Virus record (IMG/VR): IMGVR_UViG_3300027877_000003
DNA from: an uncultured virus (IMG/VR IMGVR_UViG_3300027877_000003)
Lineage: Duplodnaviria > Heunggongvirae > Uroviricota > Caudoviricetes
Length of the DNA: 31,626 nt
Reading direction: 5' to 3' (one strand)
Position numbers and translations under genes: made by a program. The notes under the pieces are model-generated. The model had not been told where the DNA came from and did no database searches. It saw nothing but the letters and a program-made list of their open reading frames with translations. Below are positions 17,443-26,781 of the stretch, in pieces (the first letter of the stretch is position 1; every line of letters starts with the position of its first letter).

Positions 17443-18134
17443 TATCTTTTCTCCTTTCCTAATAGAGTCTTATAACAATGAGTTCTATATAAACAACGAT
17501 CACAAGCTGAGTATTTGAATAATCCTACTGGTTCAAAGTTTCCTTTCAAAATATTATTACTAACAAAATAAATTACATCATTGAAAAATATATCAAACAA
17601 TTTTTCATCGTGCTTATACTGAATAAGCTTTCCATCTAATCCGGCATAGAATAAATTAGGAGGAGTTTTATAAATTTGTGTATAAGCATAATGATAAAGC
17701 ATGAACTGTGGATTGTTAGACAACGTAAGTGGATGACTTCTGGAAGTCTTCCAGTCATATACATTAGATGATTTAGAAAGTCTATCAAACTTTCCTACAA
17801 GATTTACCCCCTTTATTTTTGGATAAGGGATTGTAAAGTATTTTTCTACTACGTCCTTTTCATCTAGTAAATTTTTATAATTATCAAAGAAACCATGCAC
17901 AGAGCTAAGAGCATGTCGAAGACCCGTTCTAGATAGTGCTGAGAAAGATTCTAAAAATACTGTTGCTTGATCTTCATCTCTCCAAAATTTTTCTATAGCT
18001 TTATGGACTATCTGCCCAATGAAAATTTCCTCAGTAGATACAGCTTCTTCTGGTTCAAATCTCCTATACCAATACATTCGATTGCATAGAAGGAAATCAT
18101 TTATAGCTGAGGCAGATAGTCTTAGTTCTGTCAT
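17442..18134 (-). CDS. PD-(D/E)XK RecB/Cas4-like nuclease with Fe-S cysteines
   Basis: LSASAI..FLLC, GQIVHKAIE, GKFDRL, YDWKT, QFMLY, CDRCLYRTHC. Confidence 0.85.
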   Translation of the reverse strand: MTELRLSASAINDFLLCNRMYWYRRFEPEEAVSTEEIFIGQIVHKAIEKFWRDEDQATVFLESFSALSRTGLRHALSSVHGFFDNYKNLLDEKDVVEKYFTIPYPKIKGVNLVGKFDRLSKSSNVYDWKTSRSHPLTLSNNPQFMLYHYAYTQIYKTPPNLFYAGLDGKLIQYKHDEKLFDIFFNDVIYFVSNNILKGNFEPVGLFKYSACDRCLYRTHCYKTLLGKEKR

Positions 18135-18484
18135 AGTAATCCTGCCCTTTTGTTTGAAGATTCAGTTTGGTATACACTAATCATATCTCTAAACAACTGC
18201 ATATAGGTTTTAGCTTTATCTAAATCTGCTGTAACTAAAGCTAGTTTTTCTCGTAGTGGCAGAATTTCATTGTTTATTCCTGTCACTTTAATTGTACTCT
18301 TTAAGAAATCCATTGATGCTGGCTTACCTCCAATCTTAATATTCTCCATACCATACTTAATAGCTTGTGCCTCCGAGATCGCGATCTCATCTTCAACTGC
18401 TAATTTCACTATACTCATATCTCTAATACTATTAGCCAATTCAAACAGCACATCAAAATCTGGTAGCTTTATGTCGATTGCCAT
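18131..18484 (-). CDS. helical/coiled-coil hypothetical protein (possible recombination mediator)
   Basis: 117 aa, all-helical pattern; lies in the recombination cluster; function is inference only. Confidence 0.45.
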   Translation of the reverse strand: MAIDIKLPDFDVLFELANSIRDMSIVKLAVEDEIAISEAQAIKYGMENIKIGGKPASMDFLKSTIKVTGINNEILPLREKLALVTADLDKAKTYMQLFRDMISVYQTESSNKRAGLL

Positions 18485-18780
18485 TCATCCATCTCCTTTC
18501 TTAACTCCTCAAATCTTTTGCATATTGTAACATACATCTCATCAGTTGTCAAGAGGGAATCTCTATCTACTCTATAGAGTCTCCAAGGACTAAAGTCTAA
18601 AGTAGTTACAAATCCATCGAAACCTAGATAATAATTTAATGTCTCTTTAATATCTTCAATCGTCATACCAGTATGTTTAGCAATCCTTTCGTTAGCTATT
18701 CCCGAAACTGAAAGAAGTAGTATATCCTTATTAGTCATAAAATTTAAATGTTTTAAACTTTTTATATGTCTAAGTTTCAT
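18469..18780 (-). CDS. hypothetical protein with possible HTH
   Basis: ILLLSVSGIANERIAKHTGMTIEDIKETL. Confidence 0.5.
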   Translation of the reverse strand: MKLRHIKSLKHLNFMTNKDILLLSVSGIANERIAKHTGMTIEDIKETLNYYLGFDGFVTTLDFSPWRLYRVDRDSLLTTDEMYVTICKRFEELRKEMDEWQST

Positions 18781-19183
18781 TTTCTGTTAGCTCCGAAATT
18801 AGATTCATAAGGTCAATAAAAATATCTATATCCATTACTACAAAATCTTCTACGCCGGATCTAGATCCAGAAAATCTACAGATTAGAAAAGGAATTGAAT
18901 AGGTTCTGTTAGCTTCTTCTGCTACTTTATCTAACCATTCTTTCTTTACAGTAAGCTGTTTTGCTCCTCCGTACCCTACTTTAGCTTCTATCTTTATAGG
19001 TTTTCCTAATCCTACTACTCTTCCTTTTATATCTGAATATAAAGATGGTTCATCCAGTTGTGTACCCATAGCGCCTGATCCGGGAACTCTTTTAAATGTT
19101 CCCTTTTTAATTCTTTCATTTAGAATTTTTACTAAACTACGTTCCCAAGTTGTTCCCTTTATCTTTTGTTTGTTCGGTGTCAT
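18770..19183 (-). CDS. Holliday junction resolvase (Hjc-like)
   Basis: KGTTWERSL, RVPGSG, SDI, KIEAK. Confidence 0.75.
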   Translation of the reverse strand: MTPNKQKIKGTTWERSLVKILNERIKKGTFKRVPGSGAMGTQLDEPSLYSDIKGRVVGLGKPIKIEAKVGYGGAKQLTVKKEWLDKVAEEANRTYSIPFLICRFSGSRSGVEDFVVMDIDIFIDLMNLISELTENET

Positions 19184-19367
19184 CCTTTCTCTCTTTCGGA
19201 TCATCAATCCACAGATAATCTAATTCATACAGCTTATATTTTTCTATATAGTCAAGCACTTCTTGTTCTGTCCATACATGCCAAGAAGCCCGTCCGTGTG
19301 CGGCAATATCAACCACAAAACTACCATGAGTTAAGTAAAAGTGTTCAAAATCAAATATCCTACTCAT
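19137..19367 (-). CDS. hypothetical protein
   Basis: 76-aa ORF, ATGA-coupled to the upstream gene. Confidence 0.5.
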   Translation of the reverse strand: MSRIFDFEHFYLTHGSFVVDIAAHGRASWHVWTEQEVLDYIEKYKLYELDYLWIDDPKERKDDTEQTKDKGNNLGT

Positions 19368-19579
19368 GTTGTCCTTCTCGTTTGTACGGACGGTGGCGTA
19401 TGCCTTATCCCAAGTAGGGGATAAAAACCAATCAACGCCTCCATCAGTTTCGCATTTGTCGCATTAGCCGCCGCCAATTCAGAAGTCAGTCGATCATACT
19501 CGGCAAGAATTATCTTTCTTACTGATTTCGGACTATCACCCATATCGTCCAATGCCTGTATCATTTCATCCCGTGTCAT
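19364..19579 (-). CDS. small coiled-coil protein, paralog of 26933-27256
   Basis: MTRDE...AEYDRLT...NAKLMEALI; GAGG RBS. Confidence 0.6.
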   Translation of the reverse strand: MTRDEMIQALDDMGDSPKSVRKIILAEYDRLTSELAAANATNAKLMEALIGFYPLLGIRHTPPSVQTRRTT

Positions 19580-19586
19580 CTTTACC

Positions 19587-20870
19587 TCATTTTATCTTAT
19601 TGGTCTGTTCATCATACTTTAGAAAGATAGATCCAGTAGGGCCATTTCTTTGCTTGAGTAAAATGAATTCCATTATTCCTTTATCTTTAGTATCTTTATT
19701 ATATTTAGAGTCTCTGTATAATCCTACTACTACATCTCCATCTTCTTCTAGATTTCCGGACTGTCTTAGGTCAGCAAGTCTAGGTCTTTTATCATCTCTC
19801 ATTTCTACTTGTCTATTTAATTGTGAACAAATTCCAAATACAATTTCTAATTCTCCGGCTAATAATTTAGCTCTTCTAGAAATTCTACCCAACTCTGCTG
19901 TTTGATCCGCACCCCTTTCTGCTAAGATTTGAATATAATCTAACCAAGCCATATCAATATTGTATTTATATTTATATTTCCTTACTGTAGTTTCTAAATA
20001 CCCCAAAGAAGGAGTGAAACTAGAGTCAATATATATTGGTAAAGTTTTAAATAATTCAAAAGATTTTTTAATTAATTCTAAATCAACCGTGCTTAGACTT
20101 CCCATTCTTATATTAGGAGACAAAGGAATTCCAGTCTCCATAGAAATTAGTCTATCTAAAAGACTTCGCTTATCCATCTCTAGAGAAAATATAAGACTAG
20201 AAATTCCTTGTTTAGCCCCCTCTAAAACAAAGTCTAACATCAGGGATGTTTTACCATGTCCGGGTCTGCTGGCTATAAACCATAATTCTGCTGGATTCAT
20301 TCCAGCGGTGATCATATCTACTTCTTTATTTCCTGTAGTCAATCCACTTATTCCGGGGTTTTCTATTCTCTCTAATAAACTATCCCATGAATCTTTAAGT
20401 AGATCCCCTAGCTTAGAAACATAACTTCCGTTCCCTACCTGTGTTAAAGAATCTAATTGATTTCTTAAAGTTAAAATTAAATTATCTACGTTCGCTGGAT
20501 TCTTTAGATTAGTATTTGCATCCTTAGTTATCTGTAAAAGTTTTATAGCTTTATAACTATCTACGACTATCCTTTCAAATTCTTTTAAGTTTGTAGAATC
20601 TACACTGAGATCATATAAATATTTTAGATAATCTTCTCCTCCTACTTCTTCTAAGACTCCTTTAGATTGTAGATTAGCTACTATCAATCTCATATCTGGA
20701 TTTAGATTTTCTTCTAAAAGATCTTTCAACAATTTAAATATAATTCTATGAGGTTCTATTGATAACATTGAAGGATTAAAATCATGTATTTCTAAAATTT
20801 TACTAGGATTATTTAATATAATACTAATAAAAGCTACTTCTACTTCTGGATCAAATAATTTAATTGTCAT
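19587..20870 (-). CDS. dnaB: replicative DNA helicase
   Basis: SRPGHGKTS, FSLEM, LDYIQ, SQLNR, LADLRQSGNLEEDGD, KQRNGPTG. Confidence 0.95.
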   Translation of the reverse strand: MTIKLFDPEVEVAFISIILNNPSKILEIHDFNPSMLSIEPHRIIFKLLKDLLEENLNPDMRLIVANLQSKGVLEEVGGEDYLKYLYDLSVDSTNLKEFERIVVDSYKAIKLLQITKDANTNLKNPANVDNLILTLRNQLDSLTQVGNGSYVSKLGDLLKDSWDSLLERIENPGISGLTTGNKEVDMITAGMNPAELWFIASRPGHGKTSLMLDFVLEGAKQGISSLIFSLEMDKRSLLDRLISMETGIPLSPNIRMGSLSTVDLELIKKSFELFKTLPIYIDSSFTPSLGYLETTVRKYKYKYNIDMAWLDYIQILAERGADQTAELGRISRRAKLLAGELEIVFGICSQLNRQVEMRDDKRPRLADLRQSGNLEEDGDVVVGLYRDSKYNKDTKDKGIMEFILLKQRNGPTGSIFLKYDEQTNKIK

Positions 20871-21252
20871 CAAAAGCACCTTTATATTTTTCTACATCTA
20901 TATTCTGCTTGTCTATCTTCTTTTTTAATCGAGTAACATAGTCTGACAAGTCAGTATAAGAAATTGGATCTTCAGTATCTTTAGACATTCTTTTCTTTAT
21001 AAGATATGATAAAATTCCATATGGGCCTCTATCTAAATCTATATTATCTAAATCATATAAGTCTAAGATAGCAAAGAATACTCTTTCTCTTCCGTATAAT
21101 CTAACTAATTTGCCCATCAAAACATAATACTTAGAATCCTTTTCATCTTTATTGAATAAGCTACAATAGAAATTAGACAAGAGTACATGAGGACTTTTAG
21201 CCTTATGTAAATTTTCATAATAGTAAGCAGATAAGTTTTCTGGTTCAGTCAT
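20860..21252 (-). CDS. hypothetical protein (possible helicase loader)
   Basis: 130 aa directly upstream of dnaB; function inferred from position only. Confidence 0.5.
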   Translation of the reverse strand: MTEPENLSAYYYENLHKAKSPHVLLSNFYCSLFNKDEKDSKYYVLMGKLVRLYGRERVFFAILDLYDLDNIDLDRGPYGILSYLIKKRMSKDTEDPISYTDLSDYVTRLKKKIDKQNIDVEKYKGAFDDN

Positions 21253-21276
21253 TTATTGTCCTTTCAAGAAAATTTC

Positions 21277-21341
21277 GGGAGGTAATGATTTGCACATCTT
21301 TTGACTTACTCCTCAGAGTATAACGCCTATTACGCTCTCCC
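21277..21341 (-). ncRNA. putative mini tRNA-like structured RNA
   Basis: Minus strand GGGAG AGCG-TAATAGG-CGTT A TACTC-TGAG-GAGTA AGTCAAAA GATG-TGCAAAT-CATT AC CTCCC: closing stem plus three hairpins. Confidence 0.45.
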
Positions 21342-21357
21342 TTAAGAACCTCTCCTT

Positions 21358-22161
21358 TTAGTTACTACTTAATTGATTGAAATAATCCTCAACAGATGCT
21401 AACAATTCTGCTCTCTTTTCAGGAGTGATATCATCAGAAATTTCTACATCATCAATACCTACACCAGCTTTTCTAGCCGCAAAAATATCTTTCAAAGAAA
21501 CGCCAGACATTCGTTTGATCATTTCTTCTTTAGATAAATTAATAGCTACTCTACGTGAATCTAATAGAGTAAATTCTGCTGGATCGATTTTTTCAAAATT
21601 AGATGTAGGAATAGGAACAGTTGCATTTCCCTGAACATGAAGAACAATATCATATTCTGTAGGACTTAGAACATTACCTTCTGGATCTAAAATCTTTTGA
21701 TCTGCAATAGCCTGAAATACACTCCCTGCTCTGCTAAATAATTTTACTTTGTTTGAGGGGGCAGGTACTACATTGGCAAGCATCTGACCACACTCGCCGC
21801 AAGCGGCGGCAAAATTAGTAGTCATGCCAATAGGGGTATTTTCGGCATTACATTTTGGACATACTTTAGTCATGGTTCTATCCAAGACATTGACAGCACC
21901 ACGTTCTTGTTTCCAAGTAAATCCCTGAATATCTTTAGCCCGTTTAAAATCTCCGCTTACTTCTGCTAAAATCTTTTTATTGAATTCACACTGAGGACAA
22001 TCATCCTCAAGACAAAATACTGCACCCCCACCAATCCAATGCTGATTATAAGTAAAGGATTCAGGCTCTAGAATTCTAATCGTATGCTGTCCGGGGGTAA
22101 GTCTAAGAAACTCAACCTTTTCAAATTCTCTTGTACTTCTCTTACTAGTGAAAAATGACAT
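21358..22161 (-). CDS. single-stranded DNA-binding protein, T4 gp32-like, with extra Zn ribbon
   Basis: FLRL..G.HTIRIL, HW...CLEDDCPQCE, VNVLDR, CPKC..CGEC insert, YDIVL, acidic C-terminal region; lies between recA and dnaB. Confidence 0.7.
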   Translation of the reverse strand: MSFFTSKRSTREFEKVEFLRLTPGQHTIRILEPESFTYNQHWIGGGAVFCLEDDCPQCEFNKKILAEVSGDFKRAKDIQGFTWKQERGAVNVLDRTMTKVCPKCNAENTPIGMTTNFAAACGECGQMLANVVPAPSNKVKLFSRAGSVFQAIADQKILDPEGNVLSPTEYDIVLHVQGNATVPIPTSNFEKIDPAEFTLLDSRRVAINLSKEEMIKRMSGVSLKDIFAARKAGVGIDDVEISDDITPEKRAELLASVEDYFNQLSSN

Positions 22162-22162
22162 T

Positions 22163-22453
22163 TTATATCTCCTTGGGGTTTAATAATTCTCTCAGTTCGC
22201 CCATTACATTTGACGACAACTCTTCCAATTTAGGAATACTATCTTCTAAGGGCAGTTCATCGAGTTTTTCTGATAACTTTAGGTACTTTCTAAATGTTAA
22301 TTCTATATCTAACAGCATGAGTAATTTGATTTTGTTTGATATTATATGATCAGTAGCTACCTCCTCTGGAATTGAAGTAAAATTCTCAATCACTTTCATC
22401 GTATTAAAATTACTGATAAAAAATGTACGCTCTATTCCAATAATCCTGTCCAT
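22163..22453 (-). CDS. hypothetical protein
   Basis: 96 aa, GGAGG RBS. Confidence 0.6.
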   Translation of the reverse strand: MDRIIGIERTFFISNFNTMKVIENFTSIPEEVATDHIISNKIKLLMLLDIELTFRKYLKLSEKLDELPLEDSIPKLEELSSNVMGELRELLNPKEI

Positions 22454-23466
22454 TCGTCTTCCTCCTCTACAACCTTTTGGTATCGTTTGACACTATCATA
22501 ACACCCTTTTTTGATTTTGTCAAGAGTTTCTGGATGATCTTTTAGATATTCCTTGGTTTGATCCATTCCCTGACCCATCTGTTCTTCTTCAAAGAAGTAC
22601 CAAGTTCCTTTTTTCTTGATAACTCTCAGCATAAAAGCAAAATCTATTGCATCTCTATAAAAATCTATCCCCTTTCCGAAGATCAAGGGCATTGTATACT
22701 CCCTGAATGGAGGAGAAAGTTTGTTCTTCTTAGTTATAAACTTACAATCCATCCCTATAGAATACCCATCTTGAATATATTTCTGTCCAGCAGACAGGAA
22801 AATAAGTAGAGATGAATAGTGCTTTAGTGCATGACCTCCGGGTAAGATATAACCTCCATGATATGCTCCAATATTATCTCTTACTTGATTTACAAAAACC
22901 AAAGCAATCTTATTCTTTTTTATATTGTGGATATTCCTTCTAAAAAATGGTGTCAATAATCCTGATTGTAAAGCGACATTTCTATCTTCTAATTCTTTTT
23001 CCTTTTCTCTCTTTGGGGCTAAAGCGGCTACAGAATCTATAATGATTAATGAAAATTCTCCGGGAATTATTTCAAATTTAGTATCACCATTGATAAACAT
23101 TTCAACTAAATTCAAAGCATCTTCGGCTGTATCTGGTTGCACCATAAGAAAATTCTTAATATCAAATTCTCCTACTATTGCCCTTACAGTAGTAAAGTCT
23201 AAACTATGCTCTAGATCTACATAAACGACTTTCTCTCCTTTATCTAAAGCTTGTTTGACAATCTCCAGACATAAAGTAGTTTTTCCTACTCCTTCTGCTC
23301 CATAGATAGTTGTGATTCTTCCTTTAGGAATTCCACCAACTCCAACAGAAACATCTAGAGACAATGAACCCGTAGATATCACGTCTATTTCATCTCCTTC
23401 CTCGTCAGTAATGATAAAGAAGTCTCCAAATTTTTTAGCTAATCTATCTACTAAAGAATTAGTCAT
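22432..23466 (-). CDS. recA: RecA/UvsX recombinase
   Basis: ISTGSLSLD, GGIPKGR, YGAEGVGKTT, DLEH, IIDSVAAL, VNQVR, PGGHALKHYS, KNKLSPPF. Confidence 0.95.
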   Translation of the reverse strand: MTNSLVDRLAKKFGDFFIITDEEGDEIDVISTGSLSLDVSVGVGGIPKGRITTIYGAEGVGKTTLCLEIVKQALDKGEKVVYVDLEHSLDFTTVRAIVGEFDIKNFLMVQPDTAEDALNLVEMFINGDTKFEIIPGEFSLIIIDSVAALAPKREKEKELEDRNVALQSGLLTPFFRRNIHNIKKNKIALVFVNQVRDNIGAYHGGYILPGGHALKHYSSLLIFLSAGQKYIQDGYSIGMDCKFITKKNKLSPPFREYTMPLIFGKGIDFYRDAIDFAFMLRVIKKKGTWYFFEEEQMGQGMDQTKEYLKDHPETLDKIKKGCYDSVKRYQKVVEEEDEWTGLLE

Positions 23467-23662
23467 GTTTGTTCTCTTTTAGAAATACATAATACTTGTT
23501 CTCAACCTCATTAGCTAAACTACTATCTTCTAGAGAAACAACCAAATCATCTAAGTTATACTCTTTTATCCCTGTAATAATAACCTCTCCTAGTTTGCTT
23601 AGAGTGAATGGAATTAACTCTCCGGTATATTTATTCTTCACTACTATCAGTCTCGGATTCAT
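23459..23662 (-). CDS. hypothetical protein
   Basis: 67 aa, GGAGG RBS. Confidence 0.6.
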   Translation of the reverse strand: MNPRLIVVKNKYTGELIPFTLSKLGEVIITGIKEYNLDDLVVSLEDSSLANEVENKYYVFLKENKHD

Positions 23663-23945
23663 TATAACCTCCTAGAATTTTTTCCAATGGCATCAGTCCT
23701 TCTTCTCCTCTAGCCGCTTTCTGAAAATTTTCAAAAGTGGTTTGTAAATACTTAAGCTTGAAAACAAAAACTCCAGAGTGAATGTCCTGTGCTGTGGGTC
23801 TGCCTCCCTTCGTAAATATTAATATAGCGTTATGTTCTTTGTCCTTCATAAGAGGAACTTCTTCGTCCTTCATAACAAATTTAGCTATATCATCTACTGT
23901 CGGGAATAAAACATATGTAACAAAATCGGGATTCGGTTCTTCCAT
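23631..23945 (-). CDS. hypothetical protein
   Basis: GGAGG RBS before MEEPNPDF (23945). Confidence 0.6.
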   Translation of the reverse strand: MEEPNPDFVTYVLFPTVDDIAKFVMKDEEVPLMKDKEHNAILIFTKGGRPTAQDIHSGVFVFKLKYLQTTFENFQKAARGEEGLMPLEKILGGYNESETDSSEE

Positions 23946-23946
23946 A

Positions 23947-24132
23947 TTAACCTCCCTGCTCTTTTCGCCCATAATCTTCTCTAATACGCCAAATGTCTTG
24001 AATAGGGTACTTATCAACAATCTCACCTTTTCGATAAATACAATAAAATTTCCCCTTTTCATACACATTAATTACATCGGTATACTCAATAGGCTGTGAT
24101 TGAGTTTTTAAATGAACAATTACAAATTTCAT
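23947..24132 (-). CDS. hypothetical protein
   Basis: AAGGAGG RBS before MKFVIVHLK (24132). Confidence 0.6.
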   Translation of the reverse strand: MKFVIVHLKTQSQPIEYTDVINVYEKGKFYCIYRKGEIVDKYPIQDIWRIREDYGRKEQGG

Positions 24133-24133
24133 A

Positions 24134-25984
24134 TCAACCTCCTTTAGTCCAAAATTTAGAAATCTTGCTATCAACAGCGGCTGGAATTTCTTTTAGAAAA
24201 GGTTGCTCTGCTTTTAGCATTTGATCTAGAATAAATTGCTGTGCGGGTTCTTTTATTTCTTCTTTTACCATACAAATAATTTCATCATGTACTTGCAATA
24301 AAGGTTTTAAATCTTCTCCAAATGGATTATTATAAAATATATTGCATAAAGCTATCTTAATAATGTCTGCTCCTCCTCCTTGAAATGGATGGTTAAATCC
24401 TTCTCTTTTTATTCTACCCATATACCTACGATAAGATGATGCATCTGGAAATAAAATTGGAATTTCAAAATATCTTTTTCTACCTAAAGGAGTTACAGAA
24501 AGTTTCCTTTCTATTATTTTTTCTTCAAAGATAGATTTGAAAGCCGCTAAAGTAGAATAAGTTTTATATAAAGCTTCTATCATTTCCTCTGCTTCTTCCA
24601 ATGGAATTTCAAATTTCTTTGATAATCCCCAAGCGGATGTTCCATATAAAATTGCAAAGTTAACGTTTTTAGCAATGGATCTTGGTTTTCCAATTACCGC
24701 CGCCGTTTTAGTATGAATATCTTCTCCAGCTAAATAAGCATTAATGATTTCTTTTTCTCCCGTTACTGCTCCAGCTAATCTATACTCTTGTTGTGAGTAA
24801 TCACAAGAGATTAGAACATACCCATCATCCGCTAAGAAACAGTTTCTGTATTCTTCTTCTCTAGGTATATTCTGTAAGTTTGGCTTCTTACTAGAAAATC
24901 TACCAGATACTCCACCAAAAGTATGATACTCTGTATGTATCTTCTTAGTTACAGGATTGATAAAAGGGGAGAAGCTATCTCCATAAGTAGAAACTTTTTT
25001 CTCTGCCTCTCTATATTTCAGAAGATAGTCTATTATAGCGTTGTCTTTATAATCTGTCAATACTTTTTCTTCAGTAGAAGTTATATCAAATCCTAAATAT
25101 CTTAATACTTCTAGGCATTGTATAGGAGAACTTATCTTGAAATTTTCTACAAAGTAAATCCTAATTAGGTCTGTATCTTCCAATGATTTTAATATTTCTC
25201 TTATCTTTTTTCCTTTAGCTGGAATACTAAATCTATCGCCCATATCTAAAGCATTGCTAAATTCAGTAAAATTTATTAATTCAACGATAGAATTAATAAA
25301 TTTAGTTTTATATTCTCTAGAAATTCTTTCAGCTTCTTTTCCTTTTAGTAGCCACGCCTCAAGATCGAATTTGATCCCGTTCAATTCCATTCTGACTACC
25401 ACAGGGATTACTCTCATTTCCAAATCATAGACTCTTTTTTGATTACTCTTATCTATTTCTTCTAACTGAGCAACCATTATTTCATGCAGGTAATTTACGT
25501 CTGTAGCTGAATAAACTAGTTTCTCTTGTGTAAGAACTCCGTCATAATTTATAAAGCTTGCTCGGATATCTTTTTCTATTTCTATATTCAAATATTTTTT
25601 CAGTAGAAATTTTAACGATGGATATCGATCTCCTAATCCATTAGTACAGATTATTTCAGAAATAAAAGTATCATGAATTTTAGTAATTAATTCTCCGTAA
25701 TGATAGAAAATAAATTTCAGATCAAATTTAGCGTTCTGTAATATACACAATTTTTGACCTGAATTAATCAGCGATAAAATATATTTTGTATTTTTATTTC
25801 CTAAAGAATCTACATCAAACAAATAAATATTGTCGTTTACTTTAGCTTGAACTAATACTACTCTATCTAAGATTGGATCTAGTCCTGTAGTTTCTATGTC
25901 CAAAGATATAAAAGATGCTTTATCTAAATCCTTTTGAAATTTTTGAATCCCTTCCTTAAGATCCGTTATTAGCGTAAACTCCAT
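24134..25984 (-). CDS. polA: family A DNA polymerase with 3'-5' exonuclease, no 5'-3' exonuclease
   Basis: LDIETTGLD, NAKFD, YSATD; GRFSS..PNLQNIP, DYSQQEYR, RSIAKNVNFAILYG, QGGGAD, QVHDE. Confidence 0.95.
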   Translation of the reverse strand: MEFTLITDLKEGIQKFQKDLDKASFISLDIETTGLDPILDRVVLVQAKVNDNIYLFDVDSLGNKNTKYILSLINSGQKLCILQNAKFDLKFIFYHYGELITKIHDTFISEIICTNGLGDRYPSLKFLLKKYLNIEIEKDIRASFINYDGVLTQEKLVYSATDVNYLHEIMVAQLEEIDKSNQKRVYDLEMRVIPVVVRMELNGIKFDLEAWLLKGKEAERISREYKTKFINSIVELINFTEFSNALDMGDRFSIPAKGKKIREILKSLEDTDLIRIYFVENFKISSPIQCLEVLRYLGFDITSTEEKVLTDYKDNAIIDYLLKYREAEKKVSTYGDSFSPFINPVTKKIHTEYHTFGGVSGRFSSKKPNLQNIPREEEYRNCFLADDGYVLISCDYSQQEYRLAGAVTGEKEIINAYLAGEDIHTKTAAVIGKPRSIAKNVNFAILYGTSAWGLSKKFEIPLEEAEEMIEALYKTYSTLAAFKSIFEEKIIERKLSVTPLGRKRYFEIPILFPDASSYRRYMGRIKREGFNHPFQGGGADIIKIALCNIFYNNPFGEDLKPLLQVHDEIICMVKEEIKEPAQQFILDQMLKAEQPFLKEIPAAVDSKISKFWTKGG

Positions 25985-25996
25985 TTGTAATCCTTT

Positions 25997-26389
25997 CTAA
26001 TGCCCTAGAATTTCAACAATTTTCTTTCTAGATATCCAATAAAATTCTGTAGATAAAGTATTATTAATTAGCTGCTTGACTTCTTTTAGTCTTTTTCTAA
26101 GTTCTTTATTAAAGCATCTCTCCTTTTTATTAATTTGATTTACCATTAGACTACTATCTGAAAAAATTACCCATTTTATATCTTTACTAGAATAAGAATC
26201 TGTTACAGAAATAAATCTTAATAATTCTAGCAGACTATCATATTCTGCTTGGTTACTAGTTTTACTTTCTAGTTTGAAAGTTCTTCTAGTTACTTCTTGA
26301 TCTCCCAAATAAACTGCATAACTTCCATAAGCGTTGTTATGATTATGGTTGTTACACCCTCCATCTACATAAGCTGTAAATATATCCAT
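25997..26389 (-). CDS. rnhA: ribonuclease HI
   Basis: YVDGG, TSNQAEY, SDSSLMVNQI, WISR. Confidence 0.85.
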   Translation of the reverse strand: MDIFTAYVDGGCNNHNHNNAYGSYAVYLGDQEVTRRTFKLESKTSNQAEYDSLLELLRFISVTDSYSSKDIKWVIFSDSSLMVNQINKKERCFNKELRKRLKEVKQLINNTLSTEFYWISRKKIVEILGH

Positions 26390-26576
26390 CCTACTCCTTT
26401 TAAATTTTTAAAAATTCAGCGTATCCTTTCACCTAATCTTCTATTAATCTTAAAAATCTAAGTCTATATCGCTTAAATCTTAACTCTTTTTTAATTAGAT
26501 CTCTCCTCCTCACCACCTTTTTTCTAAACTTTTATTTTTTTTAATTTCTCTTTTTTAATTGGGTCTTGACACCGCA

Positions 26577-26589
26577 ATTATACCATATT
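26577..26589 (-). promoter_or_regulatory. extended -10 element (leftward)
   Basis: Minus strand AATATGGTATAAT. Confidence 0.6.
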
Positions 26590-26620
26590 CAATTTTGATT
26601 GTTTAACTTTACCTATATAT

Positions 26621-26650
26621 AGTATACCATATTTGATCGAGTCAATGACA
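26621..26650 (-). promoter_or_regulatory. leftward promoter-like motif with GTCAnTGAC palindrome
   Basis: Minus strand TGTCATTGACTCGATCAAATATGGTATACT. Confidence 0.6.
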
Positions 26651-26699
26651 TTGGATCAGCCCATTTTGGAAAACTCTAATCTTCTCTTAATGTATTGGA

Positions 26700-26730
26700 T
26701 GTCATTGACCTACTCAAAGTGTGCTATAAT
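26700..26730 (+). promoter_or_regulatory. rightward promoter-like motif with GTCAnTGAC palindrome
   Basis: TGTCATTGACCTACTCAAAGTGTGCTATAAT. Confidence 0.65.
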
Positions 26731-26751
26731 AGATTATAGGAGAATGGATAA

Positions 26752-26780
26752 AGTATAATACATATCAAGGAGGTTGTCAA
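26752..26780 (-). promoter_or_regulatory. consensus sigma70/sigmaA promoter facing the replication operon
   Basis: Minus strand TTGACA-17 bp-TATACT. Confidence 0.75.
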
Positions 26781-26781
26781 G

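Noticed and set aside
17442..18134. Cas4-like nuclease as part of a CRISPR-Cas system
   Set aside because: No cas1/cas2 or array; solo nucleases of this type are common in phage recombination clusters
19587..25984. Inteins or introns in DnaB, RecA or PolA
   Set aside because: Normal lengths, continuous motifs, no intein splice-junction signatures
26566..26594. Plus-strand TTGACA as a rightward promoter
   Set aside because: No convincing -10 at 16-18 bp spacing
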